A stretch of DNA of 34,835 nucleotides from Myxococcota bacterium (GTDB lineage: Bacteria; Myxococcota_A; SURF-8; G963663525). Positions within the stretch are counted from its first letter, which is position 1; every line of letters starts with the position of its first letter. The notes below the pieces were generated by a model. That model ran no database searches, had not been told where the DNA came from, and saw only the letters and a program-made list of their open reading frames with translations. Positions 9,501-18,800 of the stretch are shown here, piece by piece. The stretch lies in assembly GCA_963676915.2 (NCBI GenBank), contig CAXXVK010000020.1, positions 1 to 34,835 on the forward strand. The letters are read 5' to 3'. The translations under genes and the position numbers were made by a program.

Positions 9501-10133
9501 CGCCTGTCGATTCAGGGAGTTAAGCTGCCGTTTCTGCTCGGCCAACACGTCTTCGGTACGTAGCAGGTTTTGCCGTGTTTGCAGCATTTTGCGCTCGGCT
9601 TCACGCCTTCGCGAATGGTAGCGGGTAATTCCCGCCGCCTCTTCGATCATGTACCGGCGATCCTCGGGCTTGGCGGAAACAATCAACCCGATGCGCCCCT
9701 GTTCGATAATGGAATACGCCTTGTTTCCCGCACCCGATCCCAAGAAAAGATGTGTAATGTCCTTCAGACGACACGGTGCTTTGTTGATGAAAAAGTCGCT
9801 GTCTCCCGAACGATACAGCTTGCGACATACCGAAATGGTGTCCACGTCATATTGCGCAGGAGCCATTCTGGCGGAGTTGTCGAAGGTCAACGTCACCTCA
9901 GCGATGGATTTCGGCGGCCGTGATTCACTACCCGCGAATATCACGTCTTCCCGATTGCGACCACGCAGGTTTTTGACGCTCTGTTCGCCCATAACCCAAC
10001 GAATGGCATCGACGATATTCGACTTACCACAGCCGTTCGGTCCCACGATTCCGACAATCGGTTTGTCGAAAATCAGGGTCGTTTTGTCCGGGAAGGATTT
10101 AAACCCGGAAATGTCCAGTCTTTTGATACGCAT
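6594..10133 (-). CDS. smc: Chromosome segregation protein SMC
   Basis: GFKSF, Walker A GPNGCGKSN, coiled coils with a hinge (GRTSFIP, VTLEGE..GSLTGG), LSGGEKAL signature, LLDEVDAPLD. Start set at ATG 10133 (MRIKRL) because a GGAGGT RBS precedes it. Confidence 0.97.
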   Translation of the reverse strand: MRIKRLDISGFKSFPDKTTLIFDKPIVGIVGPNGCGKSNIVDAIRWVMGEQSVKNLRGRNREDVIFAGSESRPPKSIAEVTLTFDNSARMAPAQYDVDTISVCRKLYRSGDSDFFINKAPCRLKDITHLFLGSGAGNKAYSIIEQGRIGLIVSAKPEDRRYMIEEAAGITRYHSRRREAERKMLQTRQNLLRTEDVLAEQKRQLNSLNRQAKKAERYRVIKKHLKELELAAASFEFDRLNGDISTKRKELGTLLQDRATSRTGLDTMETKLETVRIEQDTHEARLKDLSEEIHELERLISLEENNRKAYSEEDERIRTRKTELASTAEELEQQKGELAAEIVKSRENKEQLLEKIEEKKKDLETHRKQFDEAEADYRAAQKDVDERKSAHYKLASRIDSKQGEIRFLYQRISDTKDRISQNSVQKAMAEKEYARLESEKIEFVAKLQELKDREATLQRQTKEQDERLNALRQQSAEASRELNESRSKRMKTASRLESLAELERNLEGFAKGVRTVMTKSAEIFDEGELLGTLADAIEADPDYEAALAAVLTDRVQWPVTRDMQASVKAVQILRSKDYGRTSFIPAGLTPEALSSVENSLPRLFDHVQVRDDVRNYVSSLLSDVFVAENLEDASRYWLENPGKCVLVTLEGEVIDRQGSLTGGSSEAQSTLLLARKREMGELEEKLVGWDKTIEEQQSRRNDFQNRFEQVRKELERIRSDRRQVEIAILGLNKDLHRLDADLAREDNRRNRLEKERAEQDEKMESWRKQAEAIESTIKEDREAQATLQKKLQESQDILLEVADKRNALSETLRAVDVEYAQIVEQQRGLNNHFSQLRQREQEMQRSVERTREEVTRDERRRKELEEKTKQSHKTSGELVEKRSRVDTVATRIREEFLQKKATMEALGEEVKKARKVLEGLQEQVQNAEVRAVRDEGERESLVRLIEDRYGLNLAECWEEHRREEPLNEEEEAERIDLRDKLEKIGSVNLQAIKDYEELSERHEFLSAQREDLLRSMTALEKAIEKINRTTRKRFRETFEAVNRKFSELFPRMFEGGHAQLRLIEPENLLETGVEIEVQPPGKKLQSVSLLSGGEKALTAMSLIFAIFLYRPTPFCLLDEVDAPLDDVNIGRFIQTVKQISKVSQFILITHNRKTMEITNTLYGVTMEEPGISKIVSVDLN

Positions 10134-10535
10134 CGGTGGTGAACCTCCGATGAAACACAACTCGTTCTTACCTGTAAACGAAAAGCCTGTTTCTCATTAT
10201 CTGCAACGAAAACCGGCTTACGTCCGAACGGTAAGCTCTCGTTTTCGACGGTTTGCCTCGCTTCAATGGAACATGCAATCCTGTCCTGCAAATTCCCCCA
10301 AACCTACTATGCGAACTCGAAACAGCTTGTTCGTTTGCAGGGCGAAGTCAACCACAGCCAGCATGGAAAAGCAAGTACAGCGCTGCTGGTTTTTCTTGGA
10401 CGATTCAAGCCTGAATCGTTTTCCCATAATCTTCGGAATTTTTCACGAAAAACTACGCATCTTTGCAAAATCTCGTTTCATATAGGAAACGAAATTCAAC
10501 CGTCCATTATGTTTTTATGAAAATCCCAAATAACG

Positions 10536-10565
10536 AAAAAAGGCTCCCGCCAGTTGCGAGAGCCT
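10536..10565 (-). terminator. Rho-independent terminator closing the glt-like cluster
   Basis: Minus strand AGGCTCTCGC-aactg-GCGGGAGCCT-TTTTT, 26 nt after the stop at 10592. Confidence 0.8.
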
Positions 10566-10591
10566 GAATCTTCCGGTTCATCGGTTAAAAA

Positions 10592-11476
10592 TCAGAAGGT
10601 ATACTTCAACGTCGGATTGGCTGCGACATACAGACTGGAAGCGTTGATCAGGTATCCAGCACCGATTTCAAAACCAACCGAGAAATGCCGCAGTCCCGTG
10701 TAGTACTCTACACCCAGACGTCCACCACCGAAGAAGTCCATCATGTCGCCATCTTTAAAGCCCGTGGTGTGCACGACAGGATCTCCGTTGGCGTCGGTAG
10801 TCTGGACCGTTTCGACACCATCGGCAGCCGCCATATTGAAGGCTAATCCACCCATCAGGTCGAGATAGGCTTCCAGACGTTTGGTCGCTGCGTATCGTGC
10901 ATGAAGCACAAAAGGTATCTGCATGATCAAGGCATCGCCTTTGATCACAGCGTTATCGACCGGTGCCAGCCGCCCCGTGGTAGGGGAGATTTCTTCAATC
11001 GTTCCAGCCTGGTTGATGGTTGCCAACACATCCAACTCCAACGCCAACCAACGATCGACGACATCGTAGCCGAAACCGAATCCCGTCATCATTCCAGGCT
11101 CGGACTGGTCCGCCATGTCACCCACCAAAAAAGTGGCGAAACCGAAGCGAGAACTCATGTAAAAGCCTTTGACCACTTCGACGATGTCCGGATCGCCCCA
11201 GTAGGTCTCGACACCGCGTCGGCTGGCCGAAACCGCCAGTTCCTGTCCGCCTTCGTCAGCGGCTTCCTCGTCGGCGTATTCATCTTCGGTAACGGCTTCT
11301 TCCTCGTCGAAGTACTCTTCGTCCATCGCCGGTTCTTCTTCGGCAGGCTCTTCATCGACCATTTCATCTTCGACGTATTCCTCGTCTTCCATCTCGTCCT
11401 GCGCAAACGCAGTAAAGGGAAGCAGCAAGGCGAAAAGCGCGAGAAGCATAGTGAATTCTAGGTGTTTTCTATTCAT
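10592..11476 (-). CDS. gltH: GltH/CglE/NfsH-like outer-membrane beta-barrel protein
   Basis: Signal peptide (..PFTAFA), acidic linker, barrel strands including GVEYYTGLRHFSVG resembling CglE, C-terminal LKYTF. Sits directly after gltG as in glt/nfs clusters. Alternative start is TTG 11485. Confidence 0.7.
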   Translation of the reverse strand: MNRKHLEFTMLLALFALLLPFTAFAQDEMEDEEYVEDEMVDEEPAEEEPAMDEEYFDEEEAVTEDEYADEEAADEGGQELAVSASRRGVETYWGDPDIVEVVKGFYMSSRFGFATFLVGDMADQSEPGMMTGFGFGYDVVDRWLALELDVLATINQAGTIEEISPTTGRLAPVDNAVIKGDALIMQIPFVLHARYAATKRLEAYLDLMGGLAFNMAAADGVETVQTTDANGDPVVHTTGFKDGDMMDFFGGGRLGVEYYTGLRHFSVGFEIGAGYLINASSLYVAANPTLKYTF

Positions 11477-11521
11477 CAGATCCAACCATCGTGGTTAAAG
11501 GAAGTTCGACCTTCCGTTACG

Positions 11522-13582
11522 TTACTGGTTCTGGTTAAAGATGAACGGATAGTTGACGACAACGATACCGCCGCCCTTCGGTGCCGGGAACCGCAGCCGC
11601 TTGATAACGTTGGCTACGCAGCTTTCGACACTCGAGTTGCGCATGGTCGTAACCGAAACCATCGAGGACAACACGTTGCCACGCGGGCCGATCGTGAATT
11701 TGACCTTGATTTTACCGTACAGGCCCGGAGAACGCTGCAATTCTTTCTGGTAGCAGTAGCGAATCTGACTACGATGCTTCTGAATGATGCGGGCGATGAT
11801 GGATTTGTCCAACGAACCCTGAATCGTAGGAGATCCGGTGCGGATGTTGATGTTTCCGGAGCGCTTTTTCAGCTTTCCGCTGGCACCGATTCCGTAGCGA
11901 GCCGCGCCGCCGCGTCCGCCACCTCGTCCTCGGGTACCCAGTCCGCCGATACCGAGTGCAGCGCCACCGCCGCCCATACCGGCACCCATCATTCCGAGAC
12001 CGCCGACACCGCGCATATCCAAACCGGAGATACCTTCGAGCATACCGAGCGTTTTATCCAACCCGGCACCCAGGCCACCACCACCGAACAGGCGGTCCAT
12101 GGCTTCCATTCCGGTATCCAATGCACCGAGGATACCAGCGCCATCCACAACCCGATCTTCTTCGAGTCGCTTGCGGGCGTCACCTTCGGTTTTATCGACG
12201 ACGGCTTCGTCCTCGCCGATCTTTCCTTCATCACCCATGGCCGTATCTTCGGAATCCCGGATATCGATTTTTTCTTCTTCCGGCTCTTCGATATCGTCCT
12301 CGTCATCCATCGGTTCAAGGATGAACTTGGCGATACGTTCTGGAGCATCGAGGATATCCGCAATTTCCGGAGGCGGCATGGTCGTCAGTTGAATGTAAAA
12401 CAGCACGAACAGTGTGTACAGAAGGCCGAACAATCCGACGATCGGATATTCGAGATCTTTTGTGAACGGTGCTTTTTTGTATCCCGCCGGGGGTACCCAA
12501 CGAACGTAGTATTGTACTTCATCGAAATCGACCGTCACCGCAGAACCGGGCGCGACATCAATGCTATATGAATTGGAAGATTTCTTCTGAGCCTTGTTTT
12601 TGCTGACCAACTCTTCGAAAGAATAGCTATCGTCACCTTCTTGATAGCGCCCCTTCATGCTCTTCGTGAAATTCAACGTAGCCGATTTTCCGTTGCCGGC
12701 AAACAATTCAAAGGGCTTGTCGTCATCGGGAAGGTGATCCTGCCGCACGAAGAAGTCCGCACCCTTTTCACCAACCAGAATGCTGGGAGCTTTCGAGTAG
12801 TGAAGCATGTCCATCAGCATATTGTTCCAGAGGATCTCACGAACCTCGAAAACCTGCTGCTTCGACGTAGAACGCTCCACCTTCTCGGGAATCAACTCCA
12901 TGGTGTAGCGAGACTTGCGTTTGCGCTTGCGTGCCTCGGCCTTGGCTTTCTCGAAGGCGAGCTTTTTCTTTTCGAGAAGATCGTCTCCAGTCGCCTCTTT
13001 CGAAGCGTCCTTCTTTTCTTCCTTGGCGTCTTCAGCGTCCTTTTCCTCTTCTTCAGAGGTTTCCTCGCTTTTCGCCTCGACCGCTTCTTTCGTTTCCTTG
13101 GAAGCGTCTTTCTTCTCTTCGACCTTCTGCTCTTTTTTCTTCTCGTCTTTTTTCTTCATAGGGGGTTCCGGTTCGCTTGGTTTGGTATCTTCCTTCGCCG
13201 TCTCTTCCGAAGCGGCGGCTTCCGGTTTTTCCTCGTCGGCGGGTTCGGGTTCGTTTTTTTCTTCTTTTAGATCGTACCCTACGTCCACCACTTCTATCGT
13301 TGCCGATCCGATACGGATCGTATCGCCTTTTTTCAAATCGAATTTGCTGGTTTTCTCGTCGTTGACGAACGTCCCTTTTTCGCTACCGAGATCCATCAGG
13401 GAAAAAACATCGCCTCGCGAACTATCCAGCATCACATGAACATCCGAAATGTCTTTTCCGGATAATTTCAGCTCCGAGCTTTTTCCGCACCCGATGGTCA
13501 CGGAACCCTGCTCGAAACGGAGCGTTCGTTCGCCCGAATCATCCTTTACATTTAACTGGATGCCAAGTTTTTTGTCCGCCAT
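11522..13582 (-). CDS. gltG: GltG/PglI/NfsG-like protein: FHA domain, K/E-rich linker, one TM helix, Gly-rich segment, TonB-like (AgmX/PglI) C-terminal domain
   Basis: FHA motifs (VTIG, ISDVH, DLGSEKGTFVN), TM helix IVGLFGLLYTLFVLFYI, Gly-rich tract, and C-terminus GSLDKSII..IRYCYQKEL..GKIKVKFTIG..RFPAPKGGGIVVVNYPFIF. Confidence 0.88.
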   Translation of the reverse strand: MADKKLGIQLNVKDDSGERTLRFEQGSVTIGCGKSSELKLSGKDISDVHVMLDSSRGDVFSLMDLGSEKGTFVNDEKTSKFDLKKGDTIRIGSATIEVVDVGYDLKEEKNEPEPADEEKPEAAASEETAKEDTKPSEPEPPMKKKDEKKKEQKVEEKKDASKETKEAVEAKSEETSEEEEKDAEDAKEEKKDASKEATGDDLLEKKKLAFEKAKAEARKRKRKSRYTMELIPEKVERSTSKQQVFEVREILWNNMLMDMLHYSKAPSILVGEKGADFFVRQDHLPDDDKPFELFAGNGKSATLNFTKSMKGRYQEGDDSYSFEELVSKNKAQKKSSNSYSIDVAPGSAVTVDFDEVQYYVRWVPPAGYKKAPFTKDLEYPIVGLFGLLYTLFVLFYIQLTTMPPPEIADILDAPERIAKFILEPMDDEDDIEEPEEEKIDIRDSEDTAMGDEGKIGEDEAVVDKTEGDARKRLEEDRVVDGAGILGALDTGMEAMDRLFGGGGLGAGLDKTLGMLEGISGLDMRGVGGLGMMGAGMGGGGAALGIGGLGTRGRGGGRGGAARYGIGASGKLKKRSGNINIRTGSPTIQGSLDKSIIARIIQKHRSQIRYCYQKELQRSPGLYGKIKVKFTIGPRGNVLSSMVSVTTMRNSSVESCVANVIKRLRFPAPKGGGIVVVNYPFIFNQNQ

Positions 13583-13715
13583 GATGCTTTCTTTCGTCGT
13601 GCTTATTGATACCTGAGAGTAAAAAGATGTTCAGGCATCTATCGAACGACACCAGTCTTTATACCTACCGAACACTTGTTTTCCAAGCGCTCATTACAAC
13701 GTTTCGTATTTCGCT

Positions 13716-13970
13716 TCAGTTAAGGTCGTCAACCGACTTGAACATTTCCGCTTCGAAATCTTTTCGCACCTTGATCAACGAATCGAATTTTCGTTTTTTA
13801 CGCTCGAAGAAGTAATCACCCGTCGGTTTTTTCAGTTCACCTTCGATCAACAGATCTTCGAAGTCGATTACGGTTTTCTTCTTGTATTGAACATCCTGAG
13901 CCGATGCGGGACCAGCCACCAGAACCAATACAATGGCCATCAAGAATACCAACAAAAATTTTTTCATCAT
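13716..13970 (-). CDS. gltF: GltF/CglF/NfsF-like small exported protein
   Basis: Signal peptide plus YKKKTVIDFEDLLIEGELKKPTG..KFDSLIKVRKDF, matching my recollection of CglF. Lies between gltE and gltG, with a strong GGGAGG RBS. Confidence 0.85.
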   Translation of the reverse strand: MMKKFLLVFLMAIVLVLVAGPASAQDVQYKKKTVIDFEDLLIEGELKKPTGDYFFERKKRKFDSLIKVRKDFEAEMFKSVDDLN

Positions 13971-14095
13971 AACCTCCCTTTGGGAGTTCTCTCATCTACA
14001 ATTACGATGCCAAGAGACCGTACAACCGGTCGGTTTTTCACAAAACCGCACCATTTTATCCATTCAATAGCGATTTTTCGCTATTTTGAACGACG

Positions 14096-15814
14096 TTACT
14101 GAGCCGGAGTAGCTTCCGCCGGGGGAACTTCCGCAGGTTTTTCCTCGGGCTTCGCCTCTGCCGGAGGTTGCTCCGCAGGTTTTTCCTCGGGCTTCGCCTC
14201 TGCCGGAGGTTGCTCCGCAGGTTTTTCCTCGGGTTTCGCCTCTGCGGGAGGTTGTTCTGCAGGTTTTTCCTCAGGTTTCGCCTCTGCCGGAGGTTGCTCC
14301 GCAGGTTTTTCCTCGGGCTTCGCCTCTGCCGGAGGTTGCTCCGCAGGTTTTTCCTCGGGTTTCGCCTCTGCCGGAGGTTGTTCTGCAGGTTTTTCCTCAG
14401 GTTTCGCCTCTGCCGGAGGTTGCTCCGCAGGTTTTTCCTCGGGTTTCGCCTCTGCCGGGGGTTGCTCCGCAGGTTGCTCGGCCGGTTGTTCACCTTCCTG
14501 AACCTCAGCCGGAGGCTGATCGGCAGGAGCTTCTTCACCCTCTGCGGGAGGCTGTTGACCTTCTTCCGGCGGCGCTTCGGTCTTCGGACCTACCGGCGGA
14601 GGAGTCGGTTTCTTCTCTTCAATGACTTCAACCTTCTTGCACTCGAAGAATTCGATGAAATTCTTCGCCTGTGTATTGCGTTTTTCGTCTTCGAGATTCA
14701 AAGAAAGGAATTTCTTGAACTGAGCATCCGCGTTTTTCTTGTCATACAGATGATCGCAGTAAAGTGCACCAAGACTGAACAGTGCATAAGGATTCTCGGG
14801 TTGAGCCTTGAGCACTTTCAAGTACAGTTTTTCAGACATCTTCAGTTCGCCGTAGCCTCTCAAAGCCTGGGCCAAACCAAGGGTAGCTTCCAGGTTTTCG
14901 GGATCTTCGGCCAAAACACGTTGATAATGCTCGCGAGCATGTTTCCAGTCGCGACCTGCCACACAGATGTGACCGAGATTCAAGTTGGCCGCCGTCAACG
15001 TCTTGTCGATTTTGAAAGCTTTGCGGAAGTTGCTGACCGCTCGGTTCTTTTCACCCATTTTCAGGTAGATAAGACCTAAGTTGTTGTAAAGACCGGCATC
15101 TTCGGGACGATTCGTGTTTTTCTGCGCCTGGATACCATTGGCGGTCACCATACGAGAAAGAAGAACCTTATCCTGCGCCAGATAAATCAACCCCAGGTTG
15201 TTGAAGGCGCCGGCGTGGGCGGGATCGAGCATGAAAATCTGCCGGATGTACTTGAGTGCATTGTCCCAATCTTTGCGCTGACGGTAAATCGTAGCGATAT
15301 TGTTACGAACATTCAAGCTGTCTGGATTCGCCTCGGCTTGTTTCTGAAAGAATTCCAAGGCTTTATCCTGTTCGCCCATCATCATGTAGACTTTGCCTTT
15401 GGCGAGAATCAACTCTTCGTTGGTGGGATCTTTCTCCAGCAACATGTCAATTTTCGGCATAGCCTGATCGAAGCGACGCATTTTGACGTAAATCACCGCA
15501 ATATTGAAGTCCATGTCGTCGATGTTCGGAACATGCTTTCTCGCTTCATCGTACAATTCAAGCACGCGCTCGTAATTGACATCGGACTTTTCAAGCTCTT
15601 CCTTCGCCAGCTTCAGTGCATTTCCGGCCATATTTTCCGGGGTTTGCACCACAATACACTTGGCGGCTCGACAGGCCTTATACGGTCCGCAGTCACTATC
15701 GGTCATACATTCGGGCGGTGGGCCTTGAGGTTTGTCTTCTCCTCCACAGGCACCAAGCGCCGTAACGATCACGGCAAGCAAAAGCAGGGTGATAATCCGC
15801 GCTTTGATCGACAT
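14096..15814 (-). CDS. gltE: GltE/AglT/NfsE-like TPR lipoprotein with a C-terminal Pro/Glu tandem repeat
   Basis: Start set at ATG 15814 (AGGAG RBS; MSIKARIITLLLLAVIVTALGA-C lipobox). Multiple TPRs (FNNLGLIYL, YNNLGLIYL, NLNLGHICV). Lies between gltD and gltF. Confidence 0.8.
   Translation of the reverse strand: MSIKARIITLLLLAVIVTALGACGGEDKPQGPPPECMTDSDCGPYKACRAAKCIVVQTPENMAGNALKLAKEELEKSDVNYERVLELYDEARKHVPNIDDMDFNIAVIYVKMRRFDQAMPKIDMLLEKDPTNEELILAKGKVYMMMGEQDKALEFFQKQAEANPDSLNVRNNIATIYRQRKDWDNALKYIRQIFMLDPAHAGAFNNLGLIYLAQDKVLLSRMVTANGIQAQKNTNRPEDAGLYNNLGLIYLKMGEKNRAVSNFRKAFKIDKTLTAANLNLGHICVAGRDWKHAREHYQRVLAEDPENLEATLGLAQALRGYGELKMSEKLYLKVLKAQPENPYALFSLGALYCDHLYDKKNADAQFKKFLSLNLEDEKRNTQAKNFIEFFECKKVEVIEEKKPTPPPVGPKTEAPPEEGQQPPAEGEEAPADQPPAEVQEGEQPAEQPAEQPPAEAKPEEKPAEQPPAEAKPEEKPAEQPPAEAKPEEKPAEQPPAEAKPEEKPAEQPPAEAKPEEKPAEQPPAEAKPEEKPAEQPPAEAKPEEKPAEQPPAEAKPEEKPAEVPPAEATPAQ
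14138..14473 (-). repeat. Eight tandem 42-bp units encoding PAEQPPAEAKPEEK
   Basis: 336 bp equals 8 x 42 bp. The peptide is identical in every unit and only synonymous positions differ. Confidence 0.97.
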
Positions 15815-15877
15815 CTCGGCTCCTTGAACGTTTGCTTTTTCAGCTTCCTGAAAATTCATGGGAGTATTCATGTTTCG

Positions 15878-18800
15878 TTACCATACAGTCGCTTGCGCAC
15901 CATTAAACGCCGTTTTCTCGGCTTCGGGAGCGCTCTCGATCGGCTTCGGCTCCGGTCCTTCAGACTCTTCTTCCTTCATCTCCGGTTCGACCTCTTCCAG
16001 AGCAGGAGAATCCGGGGAGTCGGGAAGTTTCAACGCTTTGAATCGAGCCATGTACCAGGAATCGCTTTCGAAACCAGGCTCGGGAGCGAATTCTTTGGCC
16101 GGAGGATAGACATCCGGTACGAGGATGCTGAGTTGATCCAGCGAATCCATCGAGTACTTGTTGTAAACACCGAGTTTGTACGAAGTTTTTACGCAACGTT
16201 CCCAGAACCCGATCGCTTCGATTTCCGCCGGTTTACCGATGCGTTCCATCACGGAATCGACATATCGGACGTACAGGTCGTCCGGATTCTCGAATTCCAT
16301 GAAGTACGGCGGCATTTCGGAGTTGTAAATGGCAACCGACAATTCTCTGAACACAACGCCCAGCTTATACAGAGAAGCCAGCGTGTATTTGGTGGATTTC
16401 AGCTTGAGAATTTCAAGATATTGAAGCTTCAGGGAGTTGGCCATCTCGACCTTGGACGTCAACTTGTCCTTCATCTTCGTATCCCATTTTTTGATCTTCT
16501 TCGACGTCCATTCCCAGGGATTGTAATTGACGATCAGCTCGATTTCCTTGAATTCCTTCAGCTTCGGCTCGATTTTGCGGAAGTGCGTCAGAGCAATGGC
16601 GTCACGAGCTTCCTGCCCCAAGGCATAGCCTTCCTCGATATCGCAATATCCGAGCTTGTAAATGGTCTGGTACGTGGCCTCTTTGGCTTTGTAGTTTTTC
16701 ACACGGGGATGTTCGTAAATATCGAGCAACTCCAGGTGCGCGGCGAAAATCCGGTTCGGTTCGCCACGAATCTGACCACGTTTTTCTACGTTTCCATCTT
16801 TGTCGAACTTCGGCCAGGTAATGTCATTCTTACGGGATTTGAGGTATGCGTTGAAAGCATCGTAGGCAGGGAACACTTTGTCCTGCTCCATCCACATAAT
16901 ACCGAAAGTGAAGCGCATTTTGTCTTTTTGATCTTCGTCTTCAATCGACTTCATGTACTTCTTTTTGTATTCGATCGCTTTGGCGGTATTTCCGAGGTTT
17001 TCGTGGAAAATCGCCGCATTGTACAAAGCTTCGTCTTTGTGTTTCCCTTTGGGGAATTTTTTCGTGTACTCGTCGAACTGTGTGACGGCTTTGTCGAACA
17101 TAGCCATGGCCATGTAGTTCAAACCGATCTTGTAGTGGACATCCTCACGATACACGGATTTCGGATAGGTTTTCAAAAGCAGGTTCTGCTGATCGATGGC
17201 CTGCAAGATCCGACCGGCCGCAACAAGGTGAACACCGGCGTTGTACATGGCCATTTCACGGAATTTCGACCGCTTGAATTCTTCGGTAAACTGCTGATAT
17301 TCCTGAGCGGCCTGATACCATTTCTCATAAGCCGGGCGCGTCCGAGGCGTTAGCAGCAGAGCTTCACACTCGGTGGTTTCCACCTTCTTGAAGGTAACCT
17401 TCTCGTTGAGTTCGCGAAGTTCGCGTCGGAAACCGGCCTTGCGGGTCAGGCGGCGGTTCTTCAGGTATTCCCGAACTTTGGTGTACAACGCACGCCAATC
17501 GCGCTTGAGGTTGAGGGAGTCGAGAATCAGGTTGGCGCTGTACTCGGCCAGCCGGTGGGTCGTGTACTCGTTGGTGATCATCTCAAAACGACTGACCGCC
17601 TGATCGAAGTTGTTGTGCGTGTAGTGAATGATGGCGACTTTGTAAATGATGTCGATTTTGTACTTCGACTTCGGAATGTTGTCGATGTACAAGTCGCAAG
17701 CCTTCACGAAGTTTGTAACGCTGTCGGACATCTTGCGCGGTTTAAACTTCTCCTGGAAGGCCACGTTTTCTTCGCAACGCTCGACATGAGTCTTTTCGCG
17801 TTCCTTTTTGACGTGGGCTTCTTTGAGTTTGTACCCTTTATCCACACGACGGGATTTCTTCTTGGTTTCGTTCATCCAGTCGCTGATTTCTTCGTGCACC
17901 AGCTTTTCGAGAGACAAAATGGCAGAATAGGAAGCTTCTTCGAAGTGCTTACCCTTTCGGTCCATCTCGGCAACCTTCATGTAGCCTTTACCGGCACGGT
18001 CGTAGTATTCCTTCATGCTTTCGCAACTGGCAGTTCGTGCGGCAGCATCGCCACCACGGCGGTGACAGGCACGATCGTAGTTGTGAGCACGGGTCCACAG
18101 CAATTCGGCATAGTTCCAGCTAACATCGTAGAACTTATCGGATTTACTGAAGTATTGCATGTAAATGTCGTACAGTTCCTGAGTACGATCCCACACTTCT
18201 TCCCGATTGATCTTGCGGGCTTCCTTGTGGTAATCGACCACGGTACGAATCAACATCCGTTCGGCTGTAATCCATGCTTCGTGAATCGCGTCCGGTTCTT
18301 TGACGTGGTTCGCTTCGACCCACTTGGATTCTTCCGGCGGCTTGGCATATTCGACGAGATTGATGATTTCCTTCGTGGTGTTTTCCTTGTCTCCTTTGTT
18401 GGAGAAGGCTTCCACGATGCGCATCTGGAATTCCACGTTGTCCAAGTGCAGCGGATAATCGTGAATCAGGCGTCTGTACACCATGATCGCACCGTCGAGT
18501 TTTCCTTGGTTGGTCAGAATGTCGCCCAAGCGAACCAACATCATACGGAAGTATTTTTTACCGCCGACGGTCATAAAGTACTCTTCGGCTTCGCGGACGA
18601 TTTCTTTCTGGTCTTTCTTTTCCTGGTCGGCATAGGCCATAACCAAGTCGCGCAGGGCTTCTTCCTTCAGAGTAATGTTCGAAGCCGTTCCCTGTGCGTC
18701 GGACCACTCGACCACTTCCTGGAAGTTCTTGATGGACGTGTCGTAGGCACCGAGGTTGTACTCGCACCACGCCAGCTTGTACTTGGCATAACCCCACAGT

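Noticed and set aside
6594-10133. SMC as part of a Wadjet/MksBEF or other defence system
   Set aside because: It has canonical Smc motifs and the housekeeping smc-ftsY context, with no jet/mks partner genes nearby.
14056-15079. Arg-rich repetitive ORFs (160 aa minus, 303 aa plus)
   Set aside because: They are alternative frames of the 42-bp repeat. Nucleotide variation is synonymous only in the gltE frame.
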